A stretch of 64,000 nucleotides of DNA, taken from positions 17,484,001 to 17,548,000 of the forward strand of contig OX597819.1 of the NCBI GenBank assembly GCA_951406725.2, given 5' to 3'. This DNA comes from Octopus vulgaris (taxonomy: Eukaryota). The notes beneath the pieces are model-generated. The model worked only from the letters and a program-made list of their open reading frames with translations. It ran no database searches and was not told the DNA's origin. The translations under genes were made by a program, and so were the position numbers. Below, piece after piece: positions 14,501-26,410 of the stretch (position 1 is its first letter; every line of letters starts with the position of its first letter).

Positions 14501-14629
14501 AAGAGGGAAGGAGGGAGAGAGGAAGTGAGAGTAAGGGCTGTAAACGTAGGATAATGTACAGGCTCTTGATAGATTGTATTGATTTATGGAAGTATTGTGA
14601 GTGAAACTATGCGACTATTCTCGGTGTGA

Positions 14630-14780
14630 GGGCGGCGACCTGGCAGAGTTGATGGTGGATTGGTCCCAATTACGCTCGTCGAAATGTCTGGCGGTATTTA
14701 ACCTTGCATCTTGCTTTCTGAGTGAAAATTCCGTCGCGGTCAACTCTAACTTACAACATTTCAGGGTCGATAAAAAGGCC
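14630..14780 (+). mobile_element. Decayed SINE (family of 50264-50493)
   Basis: ggcggcgacctggcagag head, ttctgagtgaaaattccgtcgcggtc, tttcagggtcgataaa. Confidence 0.6.
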
Positions 14781-16779
14781 TCATTCCAAGGAGGTCGACG
14801 AACGGAAACCTCAGACTTTTATAGGAGGTGTGTTGCGGTATTTGATTCGACTCTTTGTGTTGTTGTTTCAAATCATGTGACCCACTCATTTGGAAGGGTT
14901 AATTCGTCACCCAAATAAAATATCATCATATGACCTCTGAATACCTCGAGCGGAGTGCATCCCGTTGTGAGCAATTTGACTAAGATTTCAGTTTCTGGGT
15001 ATTTTCTTCATTCCTTCCCATAAGTCTCTGCGGCCCTGTAAAAATTCATAGGAATTGCTCTTTTCCCCTGATTAAGGGACAGAAACAAAAAGAAAGAAAA
15101 AATATTGCAAGCAACAGAAGCACTGTCAGGTGAGTTTCTGTTGCCCCACAAGCTCTTGATGTTTGTGTTGGATTGACTTTTAGAATTGTGCTACAAATGC
15201 TTTGCTCTGTTGTTGCCATGTTGTCTTTTGTTTAATGCAAATTGAGCTTCGTTATCATGTTCGGTAATGTTTGGCTTTCATATGTACAGCGTGACTGGGG
15301 TTATTGTTTTAGTATCGGGCTGAGGTTATACGATATCATGCCTAATACTAAAACAAAGATCATGTTCTCTGTAGGCCTCATTAGAACAAATCTAAGTTTT
15401 CCGAGCGGTTGGTTTTTATAGTATCAGATATTGATTAAGCAGTGATATGTGAGATGTTATTTCATTCGCCGTGCATTGTATGAGTCGTGTAATGTTATTG
15501 GTTTCTAATAATATAATGTATGACATGCATGATTATATTAAAGTATGTAATGTGGGCCACTGCTGGAGTTAGAGATGTCCTAGCTTCGGGGTTTGATTGT
15601 TTTGGAAATATGGGTACAACTATGCCGAAGTGGTTAAACTGTTTACTTTGCAACTGTGTAGTTCAGGTTTCACTCCCTCAGAATATAAAGTGGGATAGAA
15701 TACAGTTCTTTGGTAGAATATAAAGAGCATCTCTGTCCTACAATACTTTCGATTTGCACCAAAACTGCAGAGGGAAATTGAGCTGATAGAAACAGTAGAC
15801 TAACGGTGTTCTGCAGTGGTAGACTTAGCCAGTTGCTGAGTGTAATAACAACACTTGATGTTTATTTGCTTTTGAAGCAGTTCATTATGTTGCAAGGACT
15901 GAGAAAAATCACTAATCTGTCAATAAAATTCTCCCCCCTTTCCACTAATCTCGGTGGGAACAGGAAAAGTGCTTCCACCTGGTGGTAAGAATCTCTCAAA
16001 GCAGCTGAACAGCAGAAGGTCTTCAAAGAAGAAACCAATCCCCAGACAAGTGTTTGGGTTCTTAACTTCTTACAGTCTAAGGGATCCGGGCCGCATCCAA
16101 GTCACCAATCTTGCTACCCTTCTATTGACACTTTCTCGCCACTTGGATATTGGTGACATGTGCATTGAACCCGCTTGGTGGTTTGATCGGGCTGGAGCGC
16201 CTCTCCGTTGCCTTTGCCTTTAAACTTATATTTAAATAAGAGACAACGATGGTAGTCAACGTTACAACCATGACTCACTCAGAGTTACTTCCCTTGGCGT
16301 TAAAATAACAGCATATTGTCCTCAAGTGATATGGAGGTGGTTTGTGGACCTTTTCGACCAGATCCAGCAGGAAAATCTCTCTGTAGTTTCGAATAATCAT
16401 ATCCTGTGTATAACCTTTTTTAAGATTCCTTTATGACAAAAAAGCATTTATATACTGACATGATTATTTCATGCATTCAAATAAGGAAGCGATTCAAAAA
16501 ACAGATATTACACATGCCTCACTCTCTCGCACCCCCCGCTCTTTCATATGTATATTTGCATATCTTATTAACGTAATATTTCTTTTGTTTTTTCTAGTCA
16601 GTCTCTTTCCGTTTACACAGCACCTGTGCTAAGCTGAAACCTGGTAAGCTGTCGCGTAATGGGTTTCATTGAGACCAGATCATAAAATTCGACCAATACT
16701 ACAAATGTCTATCTATATTTTAGCAGTCCAATCTGAATTAAATACGCATCATATTAGCCCGCTATATATATATATATAT

Positions 16780-16848
16780 TTGATTTTTGATTTTTGATTT
16801 TTCCAGTTTCAGCTAATGAGCTGTGGCCATGCTGGGGCACCGACATTT
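16780..16848 (-). mobile_element. SINE/LINE-type 3' tail fused downstream of 7SL
   Basis: Minus strand CGGTGCCCCAGCATGGCCACAG-CTCATTAG-CTGAAAC plus (AAAAATC)3. It is 20/22 identical to SINE tail 7851-7872 and retains the CAG...CTG hairpin. Confidence 0.8.
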
Positions 16849-16854
16849 AAAAAA
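16849..16854 (-). terminator. Pol III terminator-like T6 run after 7SL
   Basis: aaaaaa on the + strand, directly at the 3' end of the 7SL body. Confidence 0.7.
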
Positions 16855-17150
16855 TTAGATTGGTGTTCAGTTATATCGAACAGGCTGCTAACCGACAACT
16901 ATTCACAGGCGCGGTCCCACTACCGCTCGACACGGGGCCTTTTGCCTGCTGCGTTTCCGCCCTGGGCCGAAGCGACCCTCCTTAGACAACCTGGTCCTGA
17001 TGAGCTCCCTCTCCAGCACCATATTGATGCCGAGCTTAGCGCGGACACCCGATCGCCATAGAAGACCGACTACCAGGACTCCCATCCTCAAACCGGTCAA
17101 CCAACCAAGCCTCCGAGTAGCTAGATTACAGGAGCACGCCACAACTCCCA

Positions 17151-17152
<2 letters not shown>
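16855..17152 (-). ncRNA. 7SL: 7SL (SRP) RNA, full length 298 nt, probably a retroposed copy
   Basis: Minus strand begins GCTGGGAGTTGTGGCGTGCTCCTGTAATCTAGCTACTCGGAGGCT (Alu domain). It contains CGATCGGGTGTCCGCGCTAAGCTCGGCATCAATATGGTG, helix-8 CCCAGGGCGGAAACGCAGCAGG and GTAGTGGGACCGCGCCTGTGAATAG, all colinear with metazoan 7SL. Confidence 0.96.
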
Positions 17153-17239
<87 letters not shown>

Positions 17240-17358
17240 CATATATATATATACTTTATTTAAAGCAGCAGAAAATTCAACAAAACCTGTTACTCTGAGT
17301 TTCCGTTGCAGGCAATATTTGAGTACTCTTTTTTCACCTTGTTTCACATTTATGTATT

Positions 17359-17406
<48 letters not shown>

Positions 17407-18299
17407 CCGTTTGACCAATCAAATTCGTAAGGAGCCATGACAGCTACGATTTGTGGGTTTGATTCAGCCAGAGGTTAGCTCATCATGTTTCGGTCATTTG
17501 TTTATATTTAAACATTGCTGCTTTAAAATCAGACATTTTTACGGCCCAGTAAAAAGTCATAGGAACTGCTCTTTTCCCTTGACTAACCAAAATAACTCAT
17601 ATAGGCATAAAATATCATGTGCGCACGCGCACTCGCTCGCACGCACAGAGCTCACACATACACAAACATATATATATACAGCTCTCACATGCATGCATAC
17701 AAACTCACTGACACACAGAGATAAACGCACAGGAATCTGAACCTGTGACTGCCTCTACAATGTTACTTGAAACCTGCTGGAAAGTCGAATTTTTCTACCA
17801 TTTACAATAAAGAGAAATGACACATTGTAGTGTAACCTTAGATATATTGCATCTTAATAATTCTAAATACATTGTAGAACATGTAGTCCTTGATACATTG
17901 TGCCTTGATACATTGTCTCAGTCGATCACATATGACGGGCTAAAAACAGTAAACGTAATTCAGAATATACAAAAGTATTCAACTCTATGTAAATGAAAGA
18001 GAGTCTACACGTCTACTTGACTATCACGAAATAGTAATTTCTCTTTCACTCACTTGCTACTGCTATGTCAACTACCTTTCGCCCTACGTACACACACTTA
18101 CATACAGACGCACGCACTAACATATACATATATTTTTTTCTTATCTCGCCTCACACACACATACACACACGCACACGTACACACTCACACATACATACAC
18201 ATTATCTTTCCTATTCATCGAGTTGTTACCAACCTTCCCTTCTCCGCTCTTTTGTCTTTAAAAACTAGCCCCCGTTATCCAAAACTTCCGGCCTTTCAG

Positions 18300-18505
18300 C
18301 ATGTTTACTTCGTAAAAACCAGTCGCGTTTTTTTCCCTCCGTTCGCCCACCTCGGGATCTTTGTTTCTTCCTTCTCTTATGTTTCCGACGAAGAGCTCCA
18401 CTCGAAACGTCATACCCTCCTTCTTCCCTCTTTCCTGAGCGCCTAATAATAATACCTTAATTGTTCAACGTGTTGTTGTTTTTTCTGTTTTTCCCGTTTG
18501 GATTA

Positions 18506-18510
<5 letters not shown>
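18300..18510 (+). mobile_element. Penelope-type pseudo-LTR fragment with degenerate minimal hammerhead (18381-18415)
   Basis: GTTT-CCGACGA-A-GAG-ctcca-CTC-GAAAC-GT-C-ATAC followed by ttcctgagcgcc, as in the 3.6 kb copy. Ends at (TA)n. Confidence 0.6.
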
Positions 18511-18565
<55 letters not shown>

Positions 18566-18922
18566 TGCATCGAAACCACGTGGATTCTAGTTTCCAAAGC
18601 TGAGCAGAGGAGTTCTGTACATAATTTGTCCGTTTCCATGGCCCTCGTCGATTTTACTGCTGCATTTACTCTTTCCCCCCTCTCTCTCTCTCTCTCCCAT
18701 ATACACACACATACAAACTCACACGCGTGCACACACATGCACGCACAGATACATGATATGTACATACATATATATATATGCATGCACATATATGAATTTG
18801 CCTGTATATATATGTGTGTATGTGTTTGTGCGCGCGTGCGCGTACATGTATCTATATATGTAGGTAGAAATGTATCTGTATTTGTATAAATATATTCCTA
18901 TGCATCTTTTTAGCTTCCCACG

Positions 18923-18958
<36 letters not shown>

Positions 18959-19069
18959 ATAAAAACTTACTTGAAGAATGCTTTTACGTCCTGTTCTTGT
19001 CACTTGTTTTACCCTCTGCAAAATAATTTTATTTAATTCCTTTTGCAGGAAGGACTGCTTCAGCCGGGT

Positions 19070-19133
19070 CGTGTTCTGCCCTTACCTTCGAAACACGCAT
19101 TGAGTCGAACCAGGGGCAGCTGATGAAGGGTAA
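19070..19133 (+). ncRNA. Candidate rearranged (non-circularly permuted) hammerhead ribozyme
   Basis: Stem III CGTGT(19070-74)/ACACG(19093-97); stem I CTGCCC(19076-81)/GGGCAG(19114-19); CTGATGA at 19120-26; GAAA at 19090-93; stem II between 19082-89 and 19127-33; NUH site is GUU at 19073-75. Confidence 0.5.
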
Positions 19134-20506
19134 TTTTCCTTGTATTGTTTGTCCTGTACTCTGTTTTTTCGTTGTTAAAAAAATTCCGTTTCCTTGTTTG
19201 ATTTTATGTTTTCGTTTCTCGTTGTGTTCTACGTTTATTTGTGGTGTCCTGTACTCATATATTATGCATGTATATATACATATAGATGTAAGTATGTACA
19301 TATATGTATGTATATATGTATATGTTTTATTTATTTATTATATTGTTATTATATATATATATAAAATTGTTTGTATGCGATAGCAATTTCACTCACTCGA
19401 CCTTATTGACTTACTATTTAAAAACCTGATTCGTTTGAATCCTAAAGTTTTGTATAGATAGATAGATGGATAGATATAACTTAGTCGTCATTCACAAGTG
19501 AATATAATCATTTAGCTTCTTCCACGCTTTCGTAAATAACTTTAGGAGTCTATGTTGCTTGAGTAGATATGTGCACATTCTTGATTTTCCTATCTTTAAA
19601 TAAAAGAAGCATCGAGAACATATGAGAGTGAAATTCACCAACATCAAGCTCTTACTCACCTACAATTGAGCAGCGTAGACCACAACGAACCGCGTGGCAC
19701 ATGAGTCCAACCCCCAGCCAATTTAGCGTGAGCCCGACATGCTAATCACTAGGCTACGTACCTTCTCTCGTTCATCCTCCATTATACTTTTATATATATG
19801 TTCACTTGTTTCTGTCATTGGACTGTAGCCGAGCTGTAAGGACTCATTGGACCACTGATAGGAAAGCCGGAAGTTAGGGTTAGGGTGAAGTTCCTAAATT
19901 TCACATCATTATGTCTATAGTAAGGTATTTAACTTTCAACAAACAATTACCTAGCTATGTACAGTTGATATCAAAACCATTGCCCTCTGTTGGTAACTGC
20001 AACGTTACTAGTATAGAATTTCTAATACTAATGGTAATTCCCTTGGTGCCTAGCCTGGAAAGGAACCAGTTTCGCCGTTGTAACTCTCCCTCTGATAATT
20101 ACAAGAAAAATAAATGAGCAACAGTGTGATTCTCTTCTTCATGAATACGTTTTGGTTTCCATGTGGAAATAGCGCTGGAATTATTGCAGGCATGATGAAT
20201 TATTGATAGATTCCAATTTCCAGATGGAACGAAATATTGAGAATATGACGAGAGGCAAAATATATAAATAACCGAATACAATTCATTAATAATTAGTAAA
20301 AGAAGATCAAATTAATTTTGAAATATTTTAAAGCATAAGATTTTAAGATAGAAACTTACAAAATCACACAGCGACACACATACCGATACATACTAACCTT
20401 TATACATACAAACGTACATACATACATACATACATACATACATACATACATACATACATACATACATACATACATGCATACATACATACATACATACATA
20501 CATACA

Positions 20507-20539
<33 letters not shown>

Positions 20540-20587
20540 CTGTGTGTGTGTAGCGCAAATATGACGATAAACACGTAAGACGAAGAA

Positions 20588-20800
20588 GGCGGCGAGCTGG
20601 CAGAAACGTTAGCATGCTGGGCGAAATGCTTAACGGTATTTAATCTGTCTTCACGTTCTGAGTTCAAATACCGCTGAGGTCGGCTTTGCCTTTTATCCCT
20701 TTTGGGATCGATAAATTAAGTACCAGTTGTGTAATGGGATCGTTCTAATCGACTGGCCTCCTCCCCCAAAATTTCGGGCCTTGTACTTAGAGTAGAAAAG
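20588..20800 (+). mobile_element. tRNA-derived SINE (GGCGGCGAGCTGGCAGAAACG family)
   Basis: A-box-like TGGCAGAAACG and B-box-like GAGTTCAAATAC. Body matches the 50264 copy but the 3' end differs. TSD-like taagacgaag/taagatgaag. Confidence 0.85.
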
Positions 20801-20819
20801 AAATAAATAAGATGAAGTT

Positions 20820-21010
20820 AAAAGCAAAATACAGAATTAGTGTTAGTTTGATGCTCAGCAAACGGTAAAATAATAAAGAATTAGCTTTCACGTTTCGAGC
20901 ATTCACTCTTCTTCAGAAAGATAGGAAAGTTAAAGAGAGAAAAGAAAGGAAAGCACAGAACCTGAAGAAATAGACAAGGACGTCTATCCAACCGTGACTA
21001 CATGGTGAAA
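20820..21010 (-). mobile_element. Penelope-type pseudo-LTR fragment with minimal hammerhead (20885-20920), cleavage triplet mutated
   Basis: Minus strand CTTT-CTGAAGA-A-GAG-tgaatg-CTC-GAAAC-GT-G-AAAG. Confidence 0.6.
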
Positions 21011-21951
21011 AACCTTATATTTATATATTGATGTTTGCTTCTATACGTAATTATATTGGAAACAGACCTCAAATAGAAGAACCACTAGATATTTAATTGT
21101 AGAGTGCCTTATTTTAAATTCAAGAGGGAAGGTTGATAGAAACGTCAAGGGTCTTAGTCACTGGACTGCAGCCATTCTGTTTCACTGCCCTGAAGATATT
21201 TAGGACTCTTTGGGTCGAAGATAGGAAAAGTGAGAGAGCTTGAAATTATACATTGTTGTGTCTATAGTAAAGTATTTAACGTTCAGTTAAGTAACAGTCA
21301 CCTAGCTGCACACAGTTGTCATGATGGGGAAAACCATAATGTCCAGAGAGAGAGAGAAACAAAGAGAGGGAGAAAGAAGGTGAGAGCTGGGTTAATTCTG
21401 AACTGGTATCTTATTTATCTCCTCCATTAACCTTCACTGGACACATCGATGAAGGCTAACTAAAACTTCGAAGTAATCCCCAAACTTTTCCTGCCAATGC
21501 CCATTACCTCATAGTGGGAACACGAGGGAGCAGTTGTGAGCTACGGTTGGTGAGTCTTGGAGAATTAAATATGACAGAGATTATTCCTCTCCTGGTTTGC
21601 TAGAAATTGGCTACTTACAGAGAAAGAAAGAAAGAAAAAGAGGTAGAGAAAAATGGAGAGCTGGGTCAACTGAATTGTCTGCCCCAATAAGATGAATAAT
21701 AAAACGACCTTTGATGAGATTAGAACTTAGGGATCTGCGGGTGGAAACACATGCTGTAAGGTATTGCATTGGTTATTCTAACATTCGTCCAAATGCCTTT
21801 GCACCCCCTCACACATAAATATAATTCTAAACAATACACATATGTATTTACATACATACATATAGATATATGTGTGTATGTGTGTTGGTATTTATATTTG
21901 TAGGTGTCTATACACACACACATATATATATATATATATACATATATCTAT

Positions 21952-22002
<51 letters not shown>

Positions 22003-23468
22003 TATATATATATGTATGTGTATGTATACACATCTCTATATACCTACATACATACATGCATACAGATATAACTACACACACACACACATACATATATATA
22101 TATATGCACAGACATATATGTATATATATATATATACACACATGTATTTCTGTATATATATGCGTATATTTGCTTGTGTACATTTGTGTATGTATGCGTG
22201 TGTATACATATGTACTGGTGTACACACAAGTTAATGCTATTTACGTATGTTTGTGTGAGCTTTGCAATTATATGACAATGTTACTGGACTAATTAAATAT
22301 TGTCATGTTCGCAAATACAACAACAACGACATCTACATAACCACCACCCCCACCACGACCACCACCACCATCTACAACAACTACAACAACATGACTAGGC
22401 TAAGACCACTGACAGCACCAGCACCAGCACCACCACCACCAACACCATTGCCAATAACAGCCACAACCACCACCATCACAACAACAACAACAACAAGAGA
22501 AACAAAATGTATTGAAGAATGGGCATTGTGATTTAATTTAATATGCTTAAGGCGAGAAAAGTTTTCCTGAATACCTGATTAGTAATTATGAAGACAGAGT
22601 TATGGTGGTGGGGAGAGGAGGTGAGATAGTGAGAGGAGGAGAAAGAGATTGAGGGAGAGAGAGAGATTGAGAGAGAGAGAGAGAGAGAGAGGAAAGATCG
22701 ATTGATAGAGAGGGATGTTGCGGGTGGAACACGTAGGCTGCACTTGAGGTGAATTCTTAGAATATAGGTAATTAATGTCATGTAATTAGTAGATAATACT
22801 ATATGGTTGAACTTTAACCTGTCCTTATTAGATTGCAGATTGCAAGCGTCAGTCGAAGAAACGCCATCGTATAAGCAACAATATTGCTTTGCCTCGACTT
22901 TCCAGCTTTCGAGGTTAGCTGGGTCAGTATTGGACACAACACTGTGCGTTGTTGTCATGTGGTGTCTTTACGTCACTAGCCATGGCTAAATTAGTGACCG
23001 GTCCGAATACGTGATTAATCAGAAGTTTTACTTGGGAAGACTTAGCAAAATCCCGACTTGGCAGCCGAAATTCTTCTGAGATGTCTTCGAGAAGAGATTC
23101 CTCTCTTTCAATCATAATTGAAAATTAAATTTTGGTAATTGTTCTCATTCCAGAAGAATAGCAAATTAATCCGAATGTTCACCCCTCGGGGGTTTCGCTT
23201 TAATATCAACCTTACCAGTAGAGCTTCGTAAATCCATCGTGATATTATTAAAAGCGAAATCTGTTGTACCATATTGGTAGAAACTCAATGAAGTTAGTTA
23301 CTGTGCTATGTTTAAGCACTCTATTACAAAATTGCATCCAGGTTTCGATTCCGCGTTGCAAATATTTTTCTCGAAATTCTTCGGGACATCATCTTTCAAT
23401 TATTGTTTCTTGCTTTGCAATAACACGAACGCCGTAAATTACACTACGTAATAATAATAATAATAATA

Positions 23469-23503
<35 letters not shown>

Positions 23504-23508
23504 AATCA

Positions 23509-23610
<102 letters not shown>

Positions 23611-23649
23611 TACCAATAATAAGACTAGTGATAATAGTAATAGTAATAA

Positions 23650-23915
23650 TCGCATGGAGAGTAGATGAACTAAACAGCTTAGACAGAAAGACAAGGAAGC
23701 TGCTAACTATATATGGATCACTACACCCAAAAACTGTCACAGACAAACTGTATGTACCAAGAAAAACAGGGGAAGGGACTTATTGGATGTGAACACAGCA
23801 TTAGAGCAAAACAAAATAACATAGCATGGTATCTAAAAATACCACAGAACCGCTATTATTAGAAGTAGGAAAGTCAGGCTTGTGTAAGATGAAAGATTGC
23901 AAAGATAAAGACGGA
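23650..23915 (+). mobile_element. R4/Dong-like non-LTR retrotransposon fragment (post-RT region)
   Basis: Translates WRVDELNSLDRKTRKLLTIYGSLHPKTVTDKLYVPRK, typical of this region in restriction-like-endonuclease (RLE) LINEs. Adjoins a (TAA)n tract. Confidence 0.7.
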
Positions 23916-25561
23916 AAGGGCCTTAGATAAAGGAACACGTTTCCTTCTGCATCACATTATTTCCCCCTTCCTGTCTTCAGCGATCTTACCATTGGTGTAA
24001 AGGTACCCATGTATGCCAGGTGCTGTATTCATAAATATATCAGGCCCTGTCAGTGTTAGGCCTTTAGTAACCAGCTTGGACAATTTCCTTTCTGCTACAA
24101 CTATATTTGGGTAAACCATGAGCAACATACATTCTTACTTTCCCTTCATAACAAAGAGAAAATAAGCTTCTTGTTAACCAATATACTGGTTCGATAAAAG
24201 ACCTTTTGACGCTAACTATTGCCAATTGCAATATGTAAATGCCAAAACCAGAGCGAATAAATCTGGCTTGAATTCAGAAATACCACAGGACCGACCATCC
24301 AGGCTAAGTGATTTACGTCTAGCACAACATGTTGCCAACCATATCTCAGCTGCTGTTTTATGCTTTTAGCAACCCTACGCCTCTGACGAGAACGTTAGTC
24401 CGCGGAGACAGGTAAAACTTACTAGTCTTCTTTACCGCTGCCCTTAACAGCAGGATAAAGTTCTATCGAAAACTCGTACACAGCTTAAAAATGGGGTAGT
24501 TTACACTCTATGTCATCTGTCAAATTTCTAATTAGGCATTTGTTTCCCAAAAAGCGCCCAGAGCCCAGGACCTGCAGACACTTTAATATTGGCAACAAAA
24601 GTTTTCTATCAGAGAAATTATCAAGCGATGTTTTACCATTTGGCACGGTATATGCAATGCCTTTTCAAATTACCTTTTCAAATCTGATGACAAACTCACC
24701 CAGTTTGCTCTCTCTTCCTTTGTTACTAATTCCTTGCTAATATACCGAGTGTTCTGTAGTAGGTTACTTTAGAGAGAGCGGCCACTTGTTGACACAAATC
24801 GTAGCCAGTCCCTGCTTGGCTAGTTTAGTAGCCCAACAGTGTTGGCTTGCTACGGTGGGAACAAGAACAACGTCTTCAGCTCTTCAGGCATGCTGAACAG
24901 AATAGTAGTAAACTTGTAACGAGCGTAGTTGACAAGCTGAAATTATAATTCCCCAATTCCTATCCTTGTTCGCTCACCTAGCAACCGCTTTGTATCGATA
25001 CAATATGGATGAGCTGCGGATGAATTTTGTTCAAGGTCACATAAAATGCTACTGGTACTCGTAAAAGATGGTTGGATCTCGAAGGTTTTAAGCATCTCTC
25101 CATTATCAGCAAATCCATGACAATTACAGTTTGCAACAGAGATGCCATTCCAGACACCTTTAAGAATAATTAGTGGTACGTCTCTAAGAATACTTCTAAA
25201 TGCCTAAAAATCTTAACTATCCTGTTCCAGGTGGGGTATAAATGGATAGCAGTAAGAAGGCACACTGCTGTTCAACACCAGAAATACTGACCTAGATCTA
25301 AACCATTGTGCAATAATAATATCTCCCCTGCATCACATTCTAGGTCCCGAAAAGCCCAAAATAATCGTGATTGAGTAGAGGAATATTTTGTTTCGCTAAT
25401 TTCAACCAAATCTATATCTTGTGACCTGAGCGCCTAACGCAAGTGACCATGTTTCCAGATCAACTCAAATCATTTGCATTCTGCCAAGGTAATCTTAGAA
25501 GGGCCAAGTTCGGCGGAGAAAACTTAAAAGCGACCGCTTAAGTCTGTATCGAAGAATAAGA

Positions 25562-26410
25562 AAATGGAGCTGTCACTATAATAGTAGTAAAGATGGCGTG
25601 ATGATGATATTGCAATCATGTTGTGGTGTTATTTTGATAATTATAAAGTTCTCTAAACGAGTAGCAATGATGGTGCTTAGATTCTGACCGTGTTACTATT
25701 TTTGCTGTTACCAAGGAAATGTTATAATTCTCTTTTGATGAAACCAGCCTTGACATGGAGAGGCTTTTATTCTTCAAGGTTAGACAAACTCTTGGCCTCG
25801 TTTGCACCATTGTTTATTTTCTCATTCTTTACGAGAATTTTCTTCAAGCATTCTGTTTTTGATTCTGTGTCGCTGACATTTATATATTACATCAAATCTG
25901 AAGTTAAAATAGACTCGTATCTTCCTTCGTAGACCGCTGCTGCTGTTGTTGTTTCTATTATTTTCTTGCATTTGTTATAATTACTGCTATTTCTAGCACT
26001 TCAATCGATTACTCACAGCGATGGCGTTGGTGTGGCAGTCAAATAGTACAGTCGTTGTTATAGGGACAGTAATATGTTGCTAATGAAATAGAATAGTTAT
26101 TTTCATATTGCTAGTGCTACAATATTAGTGAAATAGGACATATTTTAGTGCTGGTGTTACTGTACTAATGAAATAGAATGGCTAATGGTAATGATAATGG
26201 TGCTGGTGGTGTTAAAATAGCGATGTTATTAATAGAGTGATAGAGTTTAGTGTGTTAGTGAAATGGAGCTGTCATTATAATAGTAGTAAAGATGGCGTGA
26301 TGATGATATTGCAATCATGTTGTGGTGTTATTTTGATAATTATAAAGTTCTCTAAACGAGTAGCAATGATTGTGCTTAGATTCTGACCGTGTTACTATTT
26401 TTGCTGTTAC
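25562..26410. repeat. 150-bp direct repeat pair
   Basis: 25562-25711 is nearly identical to 26261-26410 (offset 699). Confidence 0.9.

Noticed and set aside
17294-17312. Minus-strand GAAACTCAGAGTAACAGG, the 3' half of a hammerhead
   Set aside because: The CUGANGA half is missing, so it cannot be called a ribozyme.
24378-24415. CTGACGAG...GGAGACAGG hammerhead-like motif
   Set aside because: No GAAA box and stems are inconsistent.
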